DNA of 60,479 nucleotides, counting the filler, from Jimgerdemannia flammicorona (taxonomy: Eukaryota): NCBI GenBank assembly GCA_003990765.1. It is 3 parts of 3 records of this genome, joined end to end, with 100 filler letters (N's around TTAATTAATTAA, not from the genome) between each part and the next. Parts side by side here need not be neighbours in the genome. Positions count along the whole stretch, not along the records: positions 1 to 20,094 come from RBNJ01001759.1; 2 more parts are not named here. The stretch is one strand, 5' to 3'. Numbering within the stretch: position 1 is the first letter of the stretch; the number at the start of each line of letters is the position of its first letter. Under the pieces are notes generated by a model, which was not told the origin of the DNA, searched no databases, and saw nothing but the letters and a program-made list of their open reading frames with translations. Shown in pieces: positions 1-12,270 of this stretch. Both the position numbers and the translations under genes were made by a program.

Positions 1-204
1 GATCATTGCAGGGTGAAAAATGAGTAGACTGGACCAACATACGAATTTAGGGCTGCTGTTTTGTTTGCTCGTGATGCGGCAGGAAAGAACAAAGAAAAAG
101 AACAAAGAAAAGAGAGGGAACAAAGGAAAGAGTGATGTCACCAAAGTGCGGCAGGAAAAAAAAACAAGAGCGAAATGAACAAAAGAAAGAGTGACGTCAC
201 CAAA

Positions 205-404
205 GATTTCAATCCGAATGGATCAATCCGGATGGGTCAATCCGGATGGGTCAATCTGGATGGATCAATCCGGATGGATCAATCCGGATCAATCCGGATC
301 AATCCGGATCAGATCACGAGACCAATCCGAGTTGATTCGAATCCATCATATGACGAATCTGAATCGAATCTCATCCGGATCAACTCCATTCGTTCGGAGC
401 ACTA
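205..404. mobile_element. Right end of a hAT-like DNA transposon/MITE: subterminal ATCCGGAT/GATC repeats and terminal ...GGAGCACTA
   Basis: Tandem (C)AATCCGGAT(G/C) units from about 210 to 385 end in GAGCACTA (397-404). Its reverse complement TAGTGCTC matches the termini of the MITEs at 3297-3730 and 42724-43294. The left end is not seen. Confidence 0.6.
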
Positions 405-444
405 ATAGAGAGCAGTTTGGTAAAATTCCATTAGTATTTAATAA

Positions 445-2023
445 TGTCATGTAGTGGTTACTGAGTCCTTTAAATATGTCAGATTCTCTTCAAGGTGTAT
501 CTCTTAGACTAACTTAAGTTTATTATAAGCAAGTTCTTATTGGAGTTCCTTTCCAAGGTCTTATAGTCCTCAAACTTCTTATCTTTAACTATCTTGTTAT
601 CTCTTAGATTACTTGTAAGGGATTGTATATATTGCACTAAAAGGAACTAACTTTATTTCAGAGAAAATAAGAGGGATATATATATAAAATATAATTCAAT
701 AGTTGCTAAGATATAAAGCTAAATATAAATTCCAATAACTAAAACTACTAAGTTCTAGAGTCGGTACTAATAGTTGTATAGGTTCAGGATGCTGGTATAA
801 TTCAGTATTATATCAGAATACTGGTGCTGGCATTATTTAGTATTATATCAAAATACTGGTACTGGAACAATTCTGCATCACCTCAGAATGCTGGTGCTGG
901 CATTATCCAGTGTAATAAGGAACTTAGAGTAGAAAGTTCAGAACCATAGGGGCTTCATCCTTGTCATCAGAGGTCAGGATATCTTCAAAGGAGATGAGAT
1001 CTGCAAATTTGTCATATAGGTTACACGTTTAACGTACTTTGCATACTTCATCACATGTTTCATATATGTCAAAGTTGCACAGGATGATATCATCGCCAAT
1101 GACATCATTATGTTCAGCAGTGGTAGGAACAAGGAGATCTGGAGCTCTCCAGTCTATAAGGTTCTCTTTTATAAAATAGGGAACAAATGTGGGGTCTTGG
1201 GAAGGTTTAACCCAGATACTTGGGTCTTGGAATACTGAGATCAATCCTTGCAGGAATTGGTCTGGGTTGTCTTAGAGGATGGGGTGCCAGAAGTCTTCTA
1301 CTTCATCACTATTGAGGGTAATAGTGGACTGGGCTTTTGTAGCCACTCTGGCTTCTAGTATATTAATATGGTGGGATGACAGATCTCTGAAATCTGAAAC
1401 TCTAACATACTCTAAGTTGGGGATCGACTATGGTACATGTCTGAAGATCTGATGGATCTTCTTAGCTATCCTTGTTTCACATATATCTATGGGAGTGACA
1501 TCTTATAGCTCTTGAGTGCTGGCCTGTGGAAACTCCTGGTAGAGGAGGTTTCCTATTTCATACTCCTGCTACATTTGGAGACATTTAGTAGCAATGGTGA
1601 TCCTTGTTTCCATTTTACAGCAGTAGAAGATATAATGATAAAAGTCACCAGTACCTAGATTAACACTAGGAGTTCTTCTTGAGTGGGTCCTCATAGCTCT
1701 TCTAAGGTCTTGGAACATCCTTTCTTCAACTGAGGTACCTTGGTGGTTCCTTGATCTTGAGGTTTGGTGGACAGCAGGTATTTTGTTTGTAATAAGTCTT
1801 TGAGCTATTTTGGGATTAGTGGGTCTTGTTGATTGCTACTACTGCAGTTTCTTGATCCTTCTTTTATATTCCTCAGGATACTTGTACTGTGGTCACAATG
1901 ACTCACAGTTGGTCATCATTGCTCATCTTATATGCTATATGATCTTCTTGTACTCCAATCTGGTAGCTTGTAAGGAAAGACTGTCTCCTGTGCTGATGTC
2001 ATTATTCTGGAGTTACTGTTACA
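445..2023 (-). mobile_element. Solo LTR (~1.58 kb) of Ty3/Gypsy family B, containing an accessory ORF
   Basis: Termini TGTCAT...GTTACA. Colinear over its whole length with 29783-31373, which abuts a PPT. Flanks ATAA/ATAG fit a 4-bp TSD with one G>A change. No internal domain on either side. Confidence 0.85.
924..1781 (-). pseudogene. LTR-encoded accessory ORF of family B (about 285 codons, several in-frame stops, start decayed ATG>ATA)
   Basis: One frame reads (M)PAVHQTSRSRNHQGTSVEERMFQDLRRAMRTHS...QM*QEYEIGNLL...RIAKKIHQIFRHVP*SIPNLEYVRVSDFRDLS. The stops checked are at TGG>TAG and CAA>TAA positions. Homologous to 30259-31085 and 46456-47463. Confidence 0.75.
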
Positions 2024-5000
2024 ATAGCTATAAGAATAGTAATAGTAATTTTGTTCTTAGTTTGTTCTTGATGTCTTTGCTGAGTACTCATATTATAGTA
2101 GATTATTTGTATAAGATTGTTTGGGTTATTTATACTTCTTTTTATTAGAGATATTCAGAGGTATAACTGTCTTTCAGAAATTTAATAAGAATTTTCATTA
2201 TATATACTAAATATCTATACTAAATTACTATATATTCTATATTTGATAAAAGATTATATTCTTTTTCTCAAGTAGTATTATACTCAGAGTATCCTTTCTA
2301 TTTTATGAGATATATAGTATCAGGTAGACTTGATAGCTCATCTAAATTAATAGTCCTTGTGATCTAAAATATAATTAACTTTATATTCTAATTCTTAGTT
2401 AATGATAATTAGATCTAAGAGTAGTACTATTTTTTTTTTAAGAGTATTTTTAGTATCTAGCTAAAGTTGAGATATATGAAATACTGGATAAATTTTTCTA
2501 AAGTTACTAAGAGGTTTAACTTATATATAACAAGACTATACTTCTATAAAATCTTAAATAATTCAATATAGTAGAGTCTAAGTTTCTTCTTTAGGTCTGT
2601 GTTCTCCAGAGTCAGGTATTATATACTAAGTAATATCTATTTATCTTTTTCATATATGGCTTCTCTTTTATTTTTATCAATATATACTACTTATATTCTT
2701 ATACTTTTATAAAAATATTATATAAGTATCTTATATAGTATTAGTAACTTTTATACTACTAATACTATTACTCATATAATAGTTATGAGAATTCAGAGAA
2801 GTTATCTATAGTTCAGATAAAAAGGAGTCATTTTTATACTTGCACTTATACTATTATTATATATGAATTCAGCTAGGATTAGTTTTTTGTTTCAATTATT
2901 CTACTTATAACTATAGTAGATATTAAGTATTTACTTTAAAATTCAATTAATTCATTCTATTTAACCATCTATCTATAGGTAATAGATAGTAGATATCTTG
3001 AATTATACTCCTAGTTCTTTGAAGAGTATTTACTAGAAGTTACTGGTAAATTTTGCATCTTTATCAGAGATAATTGCTAATAGTAACTCATAAAGGTAGA
3101 ATATATTATTAATAAATAATTATGCTATTTCTAGAGCTGTTGCAGTAGTAATTATTATAACAAAATAAATCTGCTTACTGAGATGATTGATAAAAACAAT
3201 AATTATATCTCTTCCCTTCTTCATTTTTGATAGTTAGACAATAAAGTCCATTCTAATATAGTCTCAATTTTAGATAGAAATTAATAGTAACTATAATAGT
3301 ACTCTCAAACAAATTAAATCAATTTAAATTAAATTAAATTGAGAGTCATTCAAATTGAATTGAATTGGAAATTTTTAAATTTAAATTAAATTTGAATCAA
3401 ATTGAATTCAAATTAAATTAAGGCCTAATTTAATTTAATCAAATTAAATTAAGGTCTGATTTAATTTAAAATATTTATCTCAAATTCAAAATATAATAAT
3501 TTAATAGAAATATGTCCAAATTTAATATTTTTTATTATACTAGATTCTCTATTATAAAATATATTGAACAAGCTAAAATTTATTAAATTTGAATACATTT
3601 TGGTTGAGTTATTAAATTTTGAAAAATTAAGTTTGAATTGAATTGAATTGACTCTTAATTTAATTTAAATATTTTAAATTGAATTAAATTAGAGATAAAT
3701 TTGATTCAATTTGATTCATTTTGAGCACTAGGCTATAGTATTCTAGCTAAAGCTTAATTGCTAGATTTATATCATTGGTAAATATCATAAAATACAATAT
3801 AGTTTTTAATATTAGCTATTATCTTAGACCAGTAGAAATCTCAGATAATATGTTAGTATATCTTATCAAATCTCATATAACTAGCTGTGAGTATATTATA
3901 TAATTCTTATAGAATTTATAGATAGATAAGAGTATCAGAAACTCAAATTCTTATATTATTAAGATATATATATCTATTTTGAACAAAAATATTCTTATAT
4001 ATCTTCTTCATAATGTTGCTTCTTTTTTTGAGAATTTTTTTAACAATTTTATATATATTAGTATTCTTGATATACTCTTTTTTAACTTTTTCAAATAGAC
4101 TAATAGTGATGTTACTAATTACTATAAGAAAAGTATATCAGTTACTTTATTCTTAGTACTGGTAATATATTTGATTTTAATATTGAAAGATGCAAGGATC
4201 TGCATCCATCATACTTGTTTTTCTATAAGAATTAGTTATATCTGAATATATTACAAAGCTTGATAGTCTATCTATAAGGTGAATTTTTTACTAAAAAGAA
4301 AATATCTTTATAATTATAGAGATCAGATAATAGTAAGAAGTTCTTTATCTTATATTATATAATTCTTTTTATACTTATTTAGCTTCTGGGATAGGTATGC
4401 AACTAGATATTCATACTAGATCAATATAGTTCTAATAGTGATATTTGAGATATCTGTAGTAATAGTGAAGAGTTCTATAAGATCTAGGCTGATTAGGATT
4501 GATATATTAGTTAATATTCTCTTAAGAGTATTTATATATTACTATAGTACATTCTTCTGTCTATTCTTTTTAATATTGATTTCTTTCTTATAAAGGCTTA
4601 TGAGTAGAGAGATGATTACTGAGAATTCTTAAATAAATCTTTAGTAATATTTAGTTAATTAATTAAATTCTCATAGAGACTTAAGAGTTATCAGAATAAA
4701 TTGGTTGCAGATTGCTTCAGTCTTTTTGGAGTTAATATCAATGCTATTTACTAAGACAATGTATTCTAGATATTTAATTTCCTTCTTGAAAAAGTGATAC
4801 TTCTTTTTTTTTACTAAGAGCTTATATTCTTAAAGTATATCAAAATTATCTATAGATATTATCAGTGAGTAGTACTGCTTATACTATATATTAGAATATT
4901 ATTCAAGTATACTAAAATGAATACTTTAAGATATTTTTAAAATATATCATTCATTAGTATCTAGAAGGTTACTAGTATATTAGTAAGTCTGAAAAATATT

Positions 5001-5207
5001 ATACAGAATTTGTAATATCTAAATCTTGTTCAAAATGCTATTTTTGGAATATCTTCTTTCTTATTGTAAATTTAGTGATATCCAGATATAAGATTGATGA
5101 GTAAAAAGATCTTGACATTATATATTTAGTTGAGTAGTTCATTAATTTATAAGAATATATATCAGTTCTTAATAGATATCTTATTGAGTACTTAGTAATT
5201 AATATAT
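2024..5207 (-). mobile_element. Highly decayed chromodomain-containing Ty3/Gypsy (chromovirus) relic: RT-RH-IN-chromodomain
   Basis: Minus-strand reading near 2255-2312 gives YLIK*KGYSEYNTT*EKEYNL (chromodomain YLVKWKGY..NTWE). Near 4885-4920 it gives ILVYLNNILIYS (RT YLDD decayed to YLNN). Very AT-rich. Interrupted by a MITE and by the family A element. Confidence 0.7.
3297..3730. mobile_element. hAT-type MITE, AT-decayed
   Basis: Ends TAGTACTC...GAGCACTA with AAATT(G/A)AAT-type subterminal repeats. The 8-bp flanks AACTATAA/GGCTATAG differ only by G>A, consistent with an 8-bp hAT TSD. Confidence 0.7.
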
Positions 5208-5677
5208 TGTGATGGTATAGCCAAATTTGGAAGAAGGAAATAGGGAATACATAGACACTTGATCGCACCCAGTCCCAAAGTAGTATAGCCTTATAGTTAG
5301 CAGTCCTCAATTTCAATATTGTCTAAATTCTTAGACATTATCTAAAATTTTAGACATTATCCAAATTGAATGTCCCAATTTAGTATAATATTTAGACATT
5401 GTTCAAATATTTTGACAAAGTCTAAATAACTCACTTATTACTTAGCCACCCTCTCATAGCTAGCAAACTTGTATAAATAACCCAGTATCTTCAAGTGAAT
5501 AAACCTCAGATCGAAAGTGTTAGAAAAAGAACAAGTATACTGATAAAAGGACCTTCGGGATTATCTCTTTAAATATATTTGGCCTCAAGGAACTACTGAC
5601 TCTGGGAGTCAAGAAGACAAGAATTCAAGATAAAGAAATCTGATGTACTTGCCCATCTTAGCATCTGCTACGTTACA
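5208..5677 (+). repeat. 5' LTR, family A copy 1
   Basis: TGTGAT...GTTACA; near-identical to 11505-11970. Contains TTTAGACATT(A/G)TC repeats, TATAAATA (~5472) and AATAAA (~5499). Confidence 0.92.
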
Positions 5678-5775
5678 ACTTAGTGCCCATTGGCTGGTGA
5701 TTCAAGACGAATCCCTCACTTCAAGCTGAACAACAAATAACCACAACCAGAACCCACATAACACAATCAGATAGA

Positions 5776-8700
5776 ATGGATATGAGACCCCCCATATTCC
5801 ATGGATATACATATGTCTGATAAATCAATCATTACCTTCATTGATGATTTCGAGTAGTATGCTGCTATAAGGACCTTAAGTGCAGCACAACAAGTAGCCC
5901 TACTCCCTGTAAGCCTCCAAGACCCAGCAAGAACCACATTTACTGCAGCCAATGTATAAGCAGCCAATGATCTAGCAAGAATCATAGCTTTCAAGACCTG
6001 GCTCCGAGCAACCTACTATACAGATGAAATCAAACAGGCACTCAAAGATCAACTGAATACTATCTGCCAAGGAATATCTGAAGACCCAAACACATTCTAT
6101 ACAAGAATCTGACATCAAATAGTCCTTGCTGACTACCCCGATGCAGTTCAAGACCAAGTGGCTGAGAATACCTTTATGAAAGGCATTCACCAAGAAATCA
6201 CTTTAGCTATTCGATCTACCCCAACACCACTGGACCTGAGACAGAAGGTTACCTACACCCAAAGATACTGGACTGCCAGACACCCTCAGGGCCATACAAT
6301 GGAAAGGATAACCAGAGTAAAAATTGAACAAGCACCAAGAGTCACCAATACAATCCTGGCTACCATAGTTAACTGGAATACACAACCATAACCACAAGAC
6401 TAGAGAAGAGTTGACCCAATGGAGGAACTGGCCAAACAGTTTGCAGAAATGACTGCACACCTCAGTGACATAGTCAAAGAGTTCAAGAAGACTTGAGGGC
6501 TGGCCTGTGGGAACTCCCAGCAGAGGAGGTTTCCTATTTCATACTCCTGCCACATTTGGGAAGCCAGTACAAAAGTTTGCTGCTACAAATACAAGATGAT
6601 CAATAACATGCTATAACTGTGGAGAAGAAGGCCACTATGCCTCCAAATGTATAATAGAAACCAAGCGAAAGGCCAATTCAAGCAATGCAACCAGAAACTG
6701 CGAGCAGGCAAACACTATCACCTTTGAGAAGATTGGAGAATCTGAGGAAGAGAGGGAAAAATGGGAAGCTTACCCTGCCACCTCAAGCAAGAAGGATGAC
6801 TGATCCAGTCCCTACAAAAGACCTCCAGGCAGACCTCCTAAGAAGGCCCGGACACAAACAAGACAACCAGAAACAGTCATTGAAAAAGAGAACCAGCACA
6901 GTGAAGCTGATCAAGATATAGAGCTGGAACAAAATGCTGAACTTGAATGAGCAGTAGAAGATATCATCAGAAACACCACCCCATCAAGTGAAGGGAAGAA
7001 GGAGCAGAAATTGCGCAAGAGTAAGACCTTCAAGTATGATATCTTCAAGGACCTCAAGGACCAAAAAGTCAATGCAACCTTTGGCCAACTAGCAGAAATC
7101 CCAACCTTCAGACAACAAATGAGGACAGGAATCTTAGACATTGGCAAAGACCAAGGTTACAGAATAATTGAAGCCAACAATGCACAAGAAGATTCAGATA
7201 AAGAGAGTGAAGATAACTGGAAAACATCAGCCTATGCTACTGACCAGATCAAGGACCAGGTCTTTGAAGCCATCATTGATACAGGAGCAGGAGGATATCT
7301 CATCACCAAGAAAGCAGTAGACTGCCTAGGTTGGGAGATAGAAGAAGCCACCAAATTGGTGTTTGTCACAGCTGATGGGACATGAGCAACACCCTTGGGC
7401 AAAATCCAAGATGTACCAATTAAGTTCGGTGAAGCCACTATCTCTATGGATGTCATTGTCATCAATGCAACCAACTATGATATCCTCATCAGCAACCAGT
7501 GGCTTCACAAAGCCAAGGCCATGATCAACCTCAGTGCATAGAAGATGCAGATCATCTACCTGAGAAAGAAGATCAGAATTCCCATCAATGTCCACAAAGG
7601 AGTCCACCCCAAGATAGAGGAAGACCAAGAAGAAGAAGCCTATATGGTTACTACAAAGAAAGGAAAAGGCAAGCAATTGACAGAGGAAGAATGATATACA
7701 AGAATTGCAGATGGATATGCTCCACTAGGAAGGTACCCCCATAGTGAAAGAATGTACTGTGCCCAGCACTTGGATTGCTACTACTCTTGTATCATTGAGG
7801 TGAAGAAGATCACCAACAAGCCAAAGAAGAACCAGGAGGAATCAGAAGATGGACCACCAGAACTATTGGATGACAGTGATGATGAAGAAGACATCACAGT
7901 TAAGATATGAAGAATTCACCCTAATGCAGTTATGCCACAATAAAAATTGGAGAATACAGCAGAAATGGACCTATCCATCATAATATACACAATACTCAAA
8001 CCACAGACCACCACTATTCTAGGAATAGGAATTGAAGTAACCATCCTGCCAAACCATGTTGGAATCCTCAAGACAAAGAGTGGCCTGGCTAAAAGTGAAA
8101 TATGTATAGAAGGAGGAGTCATCGATTCGGATTATACTAGAGAAATCCTTCTCCTTACTAGGAACCACAACCCAACAATTCCATTTGAAGTAAGGAAGAA
8201 GGATCAGCTGATGCAAATGCTCATTCTACCTGTCCTTAATCCAAGAATCAAAGAGGTTGCAAACATCAGACAAACTCAGCGAGGGAGAGCTGGATTCAGC
8301 TCTACAGAAAGAGAAGTCCTTGCAGCAACTAAGATCACTGAACTGGAGCACAAGAAGGAGAAAAGTCAAGACAAACACACCTACACAATTGGAAGAAACT
8401 TTCCCCTCAGGAAAGAATTGCAGAGCCTCTTGTATACATTTGAGAATGTACTGGCCATGGATTTCAAGGACATCAAGACCAAGAAACCCTTATATTATCA
8501 TGATGTCAATACTGGAGATGCAAAGCCAATCTATCAGAAGGCCTGCCCCATTCCACCAGTATACAGAGAATGGCTCAAGACAGAGATCAAGGAAATGGAG
8601 AAATCTGGTATTATTGAAGAAGCCAGCAGCCCTTGGTCCTCCCCCATTGTCCTTGCACCAAAGAAAGGAAGCCAATCAGGAGAATTTACACCAAGACTCT

Positions 8701-9830
8701 GCATAGACTATAGAAGACTTAACAAGGTCACAGAGAAGGACAGACAACTATTGCCAAACATTGGCAATATTCTTATCATGCTGGGGAATAAATTATGATT
8801 CTACACCACTCTGGATCTGTTCTCAGGATTCTACTAAATTGGCCTTACATCTGAAGCCAGCAAAAGATCAGCCTTCATCACCCCCGATGGAACCTATGTC
8901 TATCTCCACATGCCCTTTGGAATGTGCAATATACCAGCAAGCTTCCAGAAAATGATGAATAGCATCTTCAGAGATGTTATGGAAAAATGGATGATGGTAT
9001 ATGTAGATGATGTAATCATCTTCAGCCAAACTGCTAAGGAGCACTTGGAACACATCAAGGAAATTCTCAGAAGGCTTCATAAACATGGCCTCTATATTAA
9101 GCCCAAGAAATGCAAGTTTGGAGAAGAAGAAATCACATATCTTGGACACATCATTAACCATGAAGGAACACATATAGACCCTACAAAGATCAAAGCAGTA
9201 GCAGCATACCCAGTACCTACCAGTATCACTGAAGCCTGAGCCTTCATGGGACTTGTATCCTACTACAGAAGATTTATTAGAAGGTTCTCCCACATCGCCA
9301 GTCCTATCTATGATCTGTTCAGAAAAGAGATCAAGTTCCAGTGGACTCAGCAGCAGCAACTAGCCTTTGACGAGCTCAAGACCAGATTGACCCAGGCCCC
9401 AATCTTGAGAAGACTCGACTGGACTCAAGAGTTTATTCTGCAGATGGATGCCAGTGCAATAGGACTTGGAGCTGTCCTCGTATAAAAGAAGAATGGTGCT
9501 GAATATATGGTAGCTTATCTCAGCCAAGGTATCCGAGAAGCTGAGCAGTCCTATGAATCATACAAGTTGGAATGCCTTGCAGTTATCTGGGCTGTAGAGA
9601 AGTTCCACTACTATCTGGCTGGCAGATACTTCACCATCCAGACAGATCATTTGGCACTCACCTGGTTGCTCACTACCAGTGAGCCCAAAGGAATCTATGC
9701 CTAATAAATCATAAAGCTGCAAGCATATGATGCCACGATCACCTACTGCCCTGAAAGAACCAATGCCAATGCTGATGCCCTCTCACAGACACCCCAAAGG
9801 ACCCCACCCTTACAAAATCACTATGAATAA
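5776..9830 (+). pseudogene. gag-PR-dUTPase-RT-RNaseH polyprotein pseudogene (family A copy 1)
   Basis: ORF fragments at 7011, 7947, 8910, 9246 and 9507 share one frame and are broken by stops of the CGA>TGA/CAA>TAA type. A small frameshift near 5805 and an insertion at 6492 disrupt gag. The frame ends ...NADALSQTPQRTPPLQNHYE* at 9828-9830. Confidence 0.9.
7893..8310 (+). pseudogene. dUTPase domain between protease and RT
   Basis: Trimeric dUTPase motifs: EMDLS, KTKSGLAK, GGVIDSDYTREI, KKDQLMQMLI and RGRAGFSST. Confidence 0.9.
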
Positions 9831-11016
9831 GGAGCTATACTACAGAATCATCAGCTACCTGGGGCAGCGAAAGATGCCCCCACATCTGGAAGAATGGACA
9901 AAAACAATTATTAATCAGACATGGAAACAATTCGAAACAGATGGAGAAATACTTAAGAAAGGACAACAATTAGTCATCCCCAAGCATCGGAAGAATCAAG
10001 TAATGAAAGAAGTACATGAACAGGGTCACATAGGAGGAACAAATATATATAACAAAGTGAGAAGAACCATATGGTGGCCTGGAATAGAAGAAGATATCAG
10101 ACAATTTGTCAGGACCTGTGACAAATGCCAGAAACAGAAACAAGACTGATGAGATCAAGCTCCTGGATCAGCAGACATCAAACTGATACCATTTGCCCAC
10201 ATTGCAATGGATGTAATCGGCCCCCTACCCCTGACATTGACTGGCAACTGATATGTCATTGTAATAGTAGACCTGTTTACAAAATGGGTAGAGGCTGGGC
10301 CGCTCAAGGAAGCCAATGCACAGTCAATTGCTGATTTCTTATACAGAGAAATCATTTGCCAATTCAAGACCCCAAAGCAAGTTACCACAGACAGAGGAAT
10401 AGAATTTGTCAACCAGTTTCACAAGATTCTTTACAAGAAGTACAAGATCCAGCACATCAAGACCACCACATATCACCCACAAGGAAACAGACAAGCAGAG
10501 AGAACCAACAAGATCCTCAAGAACATCATCACCAAGATCTGTGATGAATATGGAAACTGGGACTACTATCTTCCAATAGCATTATCTACTCTGCGGGACA
10601 TACAATTGCAAAGCACCCATTTTACACCATGAGAAATGCTATTCAGTGAAGAAAGTTCTGGTAGAAGTTTGTCAGTAAGTAATAATGCAATTTGGAAGTA
10701 TGTGGACACAGAGATACGGAGATTGCACCAGATCAGGAAAAAGGCAGAGGATTACATAATCAGGGCACAGGCACTGCAACGGAACAATGTGGAAAAGACT
10801 CACAAGCCCCTGGAGATTATCAAGATAGGAGATGAAGTCCTAGTGTATTAGAATATAGTAGAAGCCTCTTGGTCATGAAAACTGGAGCCCAAGTGGGAAG
10901 GACCTTACCTGGTACAAGATATAAAAGAGATCACTTTCCGACTACGAAAGCCCTCAGGCACAATAATCCCTACCACCATTCATCAAAACTGACTCAAGAA
11001 GTACCATGGCCAATAA
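9823..11016 (+). pseudogene. Integrase encoded as a separate ORF (HHCC, core, GPY motif; no chromodomain)
   Basis: ATG at 9823 (MNKELYY...) is in the +1 frame relative to RT/RH. Motifs VHEQGHIG...CDKCQ, IAMDVIGPLP, VDLFTKW, TDRG and KWEGPY. Ends LKKYHGQ* at 11016. Confidence 0.88.
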
Positions 11017-11467
11017 CCAAAGTACTGCAATGGTACTCAAGATCACTAGTGCTACACAAAGGGCCATCGAAAGACAATGGCACACCACCGAGCCTCTGAC
11101 TATAGAGGTATACTATGATGATATTCAGAGTATTGTGCAGACTCATCTCTCTTGAATCTTGCACTTTAGAGCCTATTAATATCAGGCAGAATTCCAAGAG
11201 TACTTCAAGCTTGAACAGGTACTCAATCAGGATCCAGCAAAGACCAAAGAGGACTGGATTACCAAGTGTCAACTCTCTCACTCACAGATCACTATTGCCA
11301 AAAGGATCCACAAGTTATTCTAAGAAGATGAACCAGCAATAGACCACCTGAGAGGAGTAACCCCTACTGACTTCGAGAAGGTGAGAAGACATCATTGGGA
11401 AACAGTTATATAGCAAATTGCACAGTACAAAACCATACAGATAGTTGAAGCCTGGGAGTTTGAATAG
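11006..11467 (+). pseudogene. Accessory ORF3 of family A (153 codons, unknown function)
   Basis: The ATG overlaps the integrase stop (ATGGCCAATAA). Reads MANNQSTAMVLKITSATQRAIERQW...EFQEYFKLEQVL...IAKRIHKLF*EDEPAIDHLRGVTPTDFEKV...AWEFE*. Start, stop and length match copy 2 (12775-13236). Confidence 0.8.
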
Positions 11468-11504
11468 ATGCCTCAGGGATGAGACCATCTATTCAGAAGG
11501 AAGT

Positions 11505-11970
11505 TGTAATGGTACAGCCAAATTTGGAAGAAGGAAATAGAGAATAGACACTTGATCGCACCTAGTCCCAAAGTAGTATAGCCTTATAGTTAGCAGTTCT
11601 CAATTTCAATATTGTCTAAATTCTTAGACATTGTCTAAAATTTTAGACATTATCCAAATCAAATGTCCCAATTTAGTATAGCATTTAGACATTGTCCAAA
11701 TATTTTGACAAAGTCCAAATGACTCACTTATTACTTAGCCACCCTCTCATAGCTAGCAAACTTGTATAAATAACTCAGTATCTTTGAGTGAATAAACCTC
11801 AGATCAAAAGTATTAGAAAAAGAACAAGTATACCGATAAAAGGACCTTCGGGATTACCTCTTTAAACACATTTGGCCTCAAGGAACTACTGACTCTGGGA
11901 GTCAAGAAGACAAGAATTCAAGATAAAGAAATCTGATGTACTTGCCCATCTTAGCATCCGCTACATTATA
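11505..11970 (+). repeat. 3' LTR, family A copy 1
   Basis: Follows the PPT and matches the 5' LTR with mostly transition differences. Followed by the ATAT TSD. Confidence 0.92.
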
Positions 11971-11974
11971 ATAT

Positions 11975-12270
11975 ATATAGAGACTTCTATCTTTCTTATA
12001 GATAAAGAGGATTGGTATACTATATGGTAATTTTGATAAATATATAAGATCTTTATTTAACAGATCTACTAACTATTCTTCAAGAGTTTCCAGCTCAGAA
12101 TAAGCTAATCAATAGATTCTATAGTAGAGAGGATCTACTTCTAGAGTAGTTTTGATGCTATATTCTACTACTCAAATAGGTGATAGTTCTTTAAGTTTTT
12201 AAAAGATATTTTCATAATCTTTGAGTAGTTCCTGGAGGCTTTCTTTTTCTTTATCTTTATTCTTTAATAG
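11975..12270 (-). mobile_element. Continuation of the chromovirus relic (RT N-terminal region)
   Basis: Minus strand near 11985-12040 reads LSKLPYSIPILFI*ERDRSL, a decayed PSKSPY.APVLFV.KKDGSL. It continues the RT interrupted at 5207. Confidence 0.6.

Larger units (their letters stand above)
5208..11970 (+). mobile_element. Full-length dUTPase-carrying Ty3/Gypsy LTR retrotransposon, family A copy 1 (inactive)
   Basis: Two ~470-bp LTRs (5208-5677, 11505-11970), ATAT 4-bp TSD, PBS-like TAGTGCCCATTGGC after the 5' LTR, and PPT CAGAAGGAAG before the 3' LTR. Gag CCHC (CYNCGEEGHYASKC), PR (AIIDTGAG), dUTPase, RT (VYVDDVII), RNase H, and integrase with a GPY motif are all present. Confidence 0.95.

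Noticed and set aside
175..454. Repetitive ORFs and a CRISPR-like look of the ATCCGGAT repeats
   Set aside because: No unique spacers and no cas genes in a eukaryotic context. These are transposon subterminal repeats.
5681..5697. Assigning the primer tRNA from the PBS
   Set aside because: TAGTGCCCATTGGCTGG is probably a mutated TGG… PBS, but C>T/G>A decay prevents a reliable tRNA call.
11006..11467. ORF3 as an env gene
   Set aside because: Too short, with no signal peptide or transmembrane segment.
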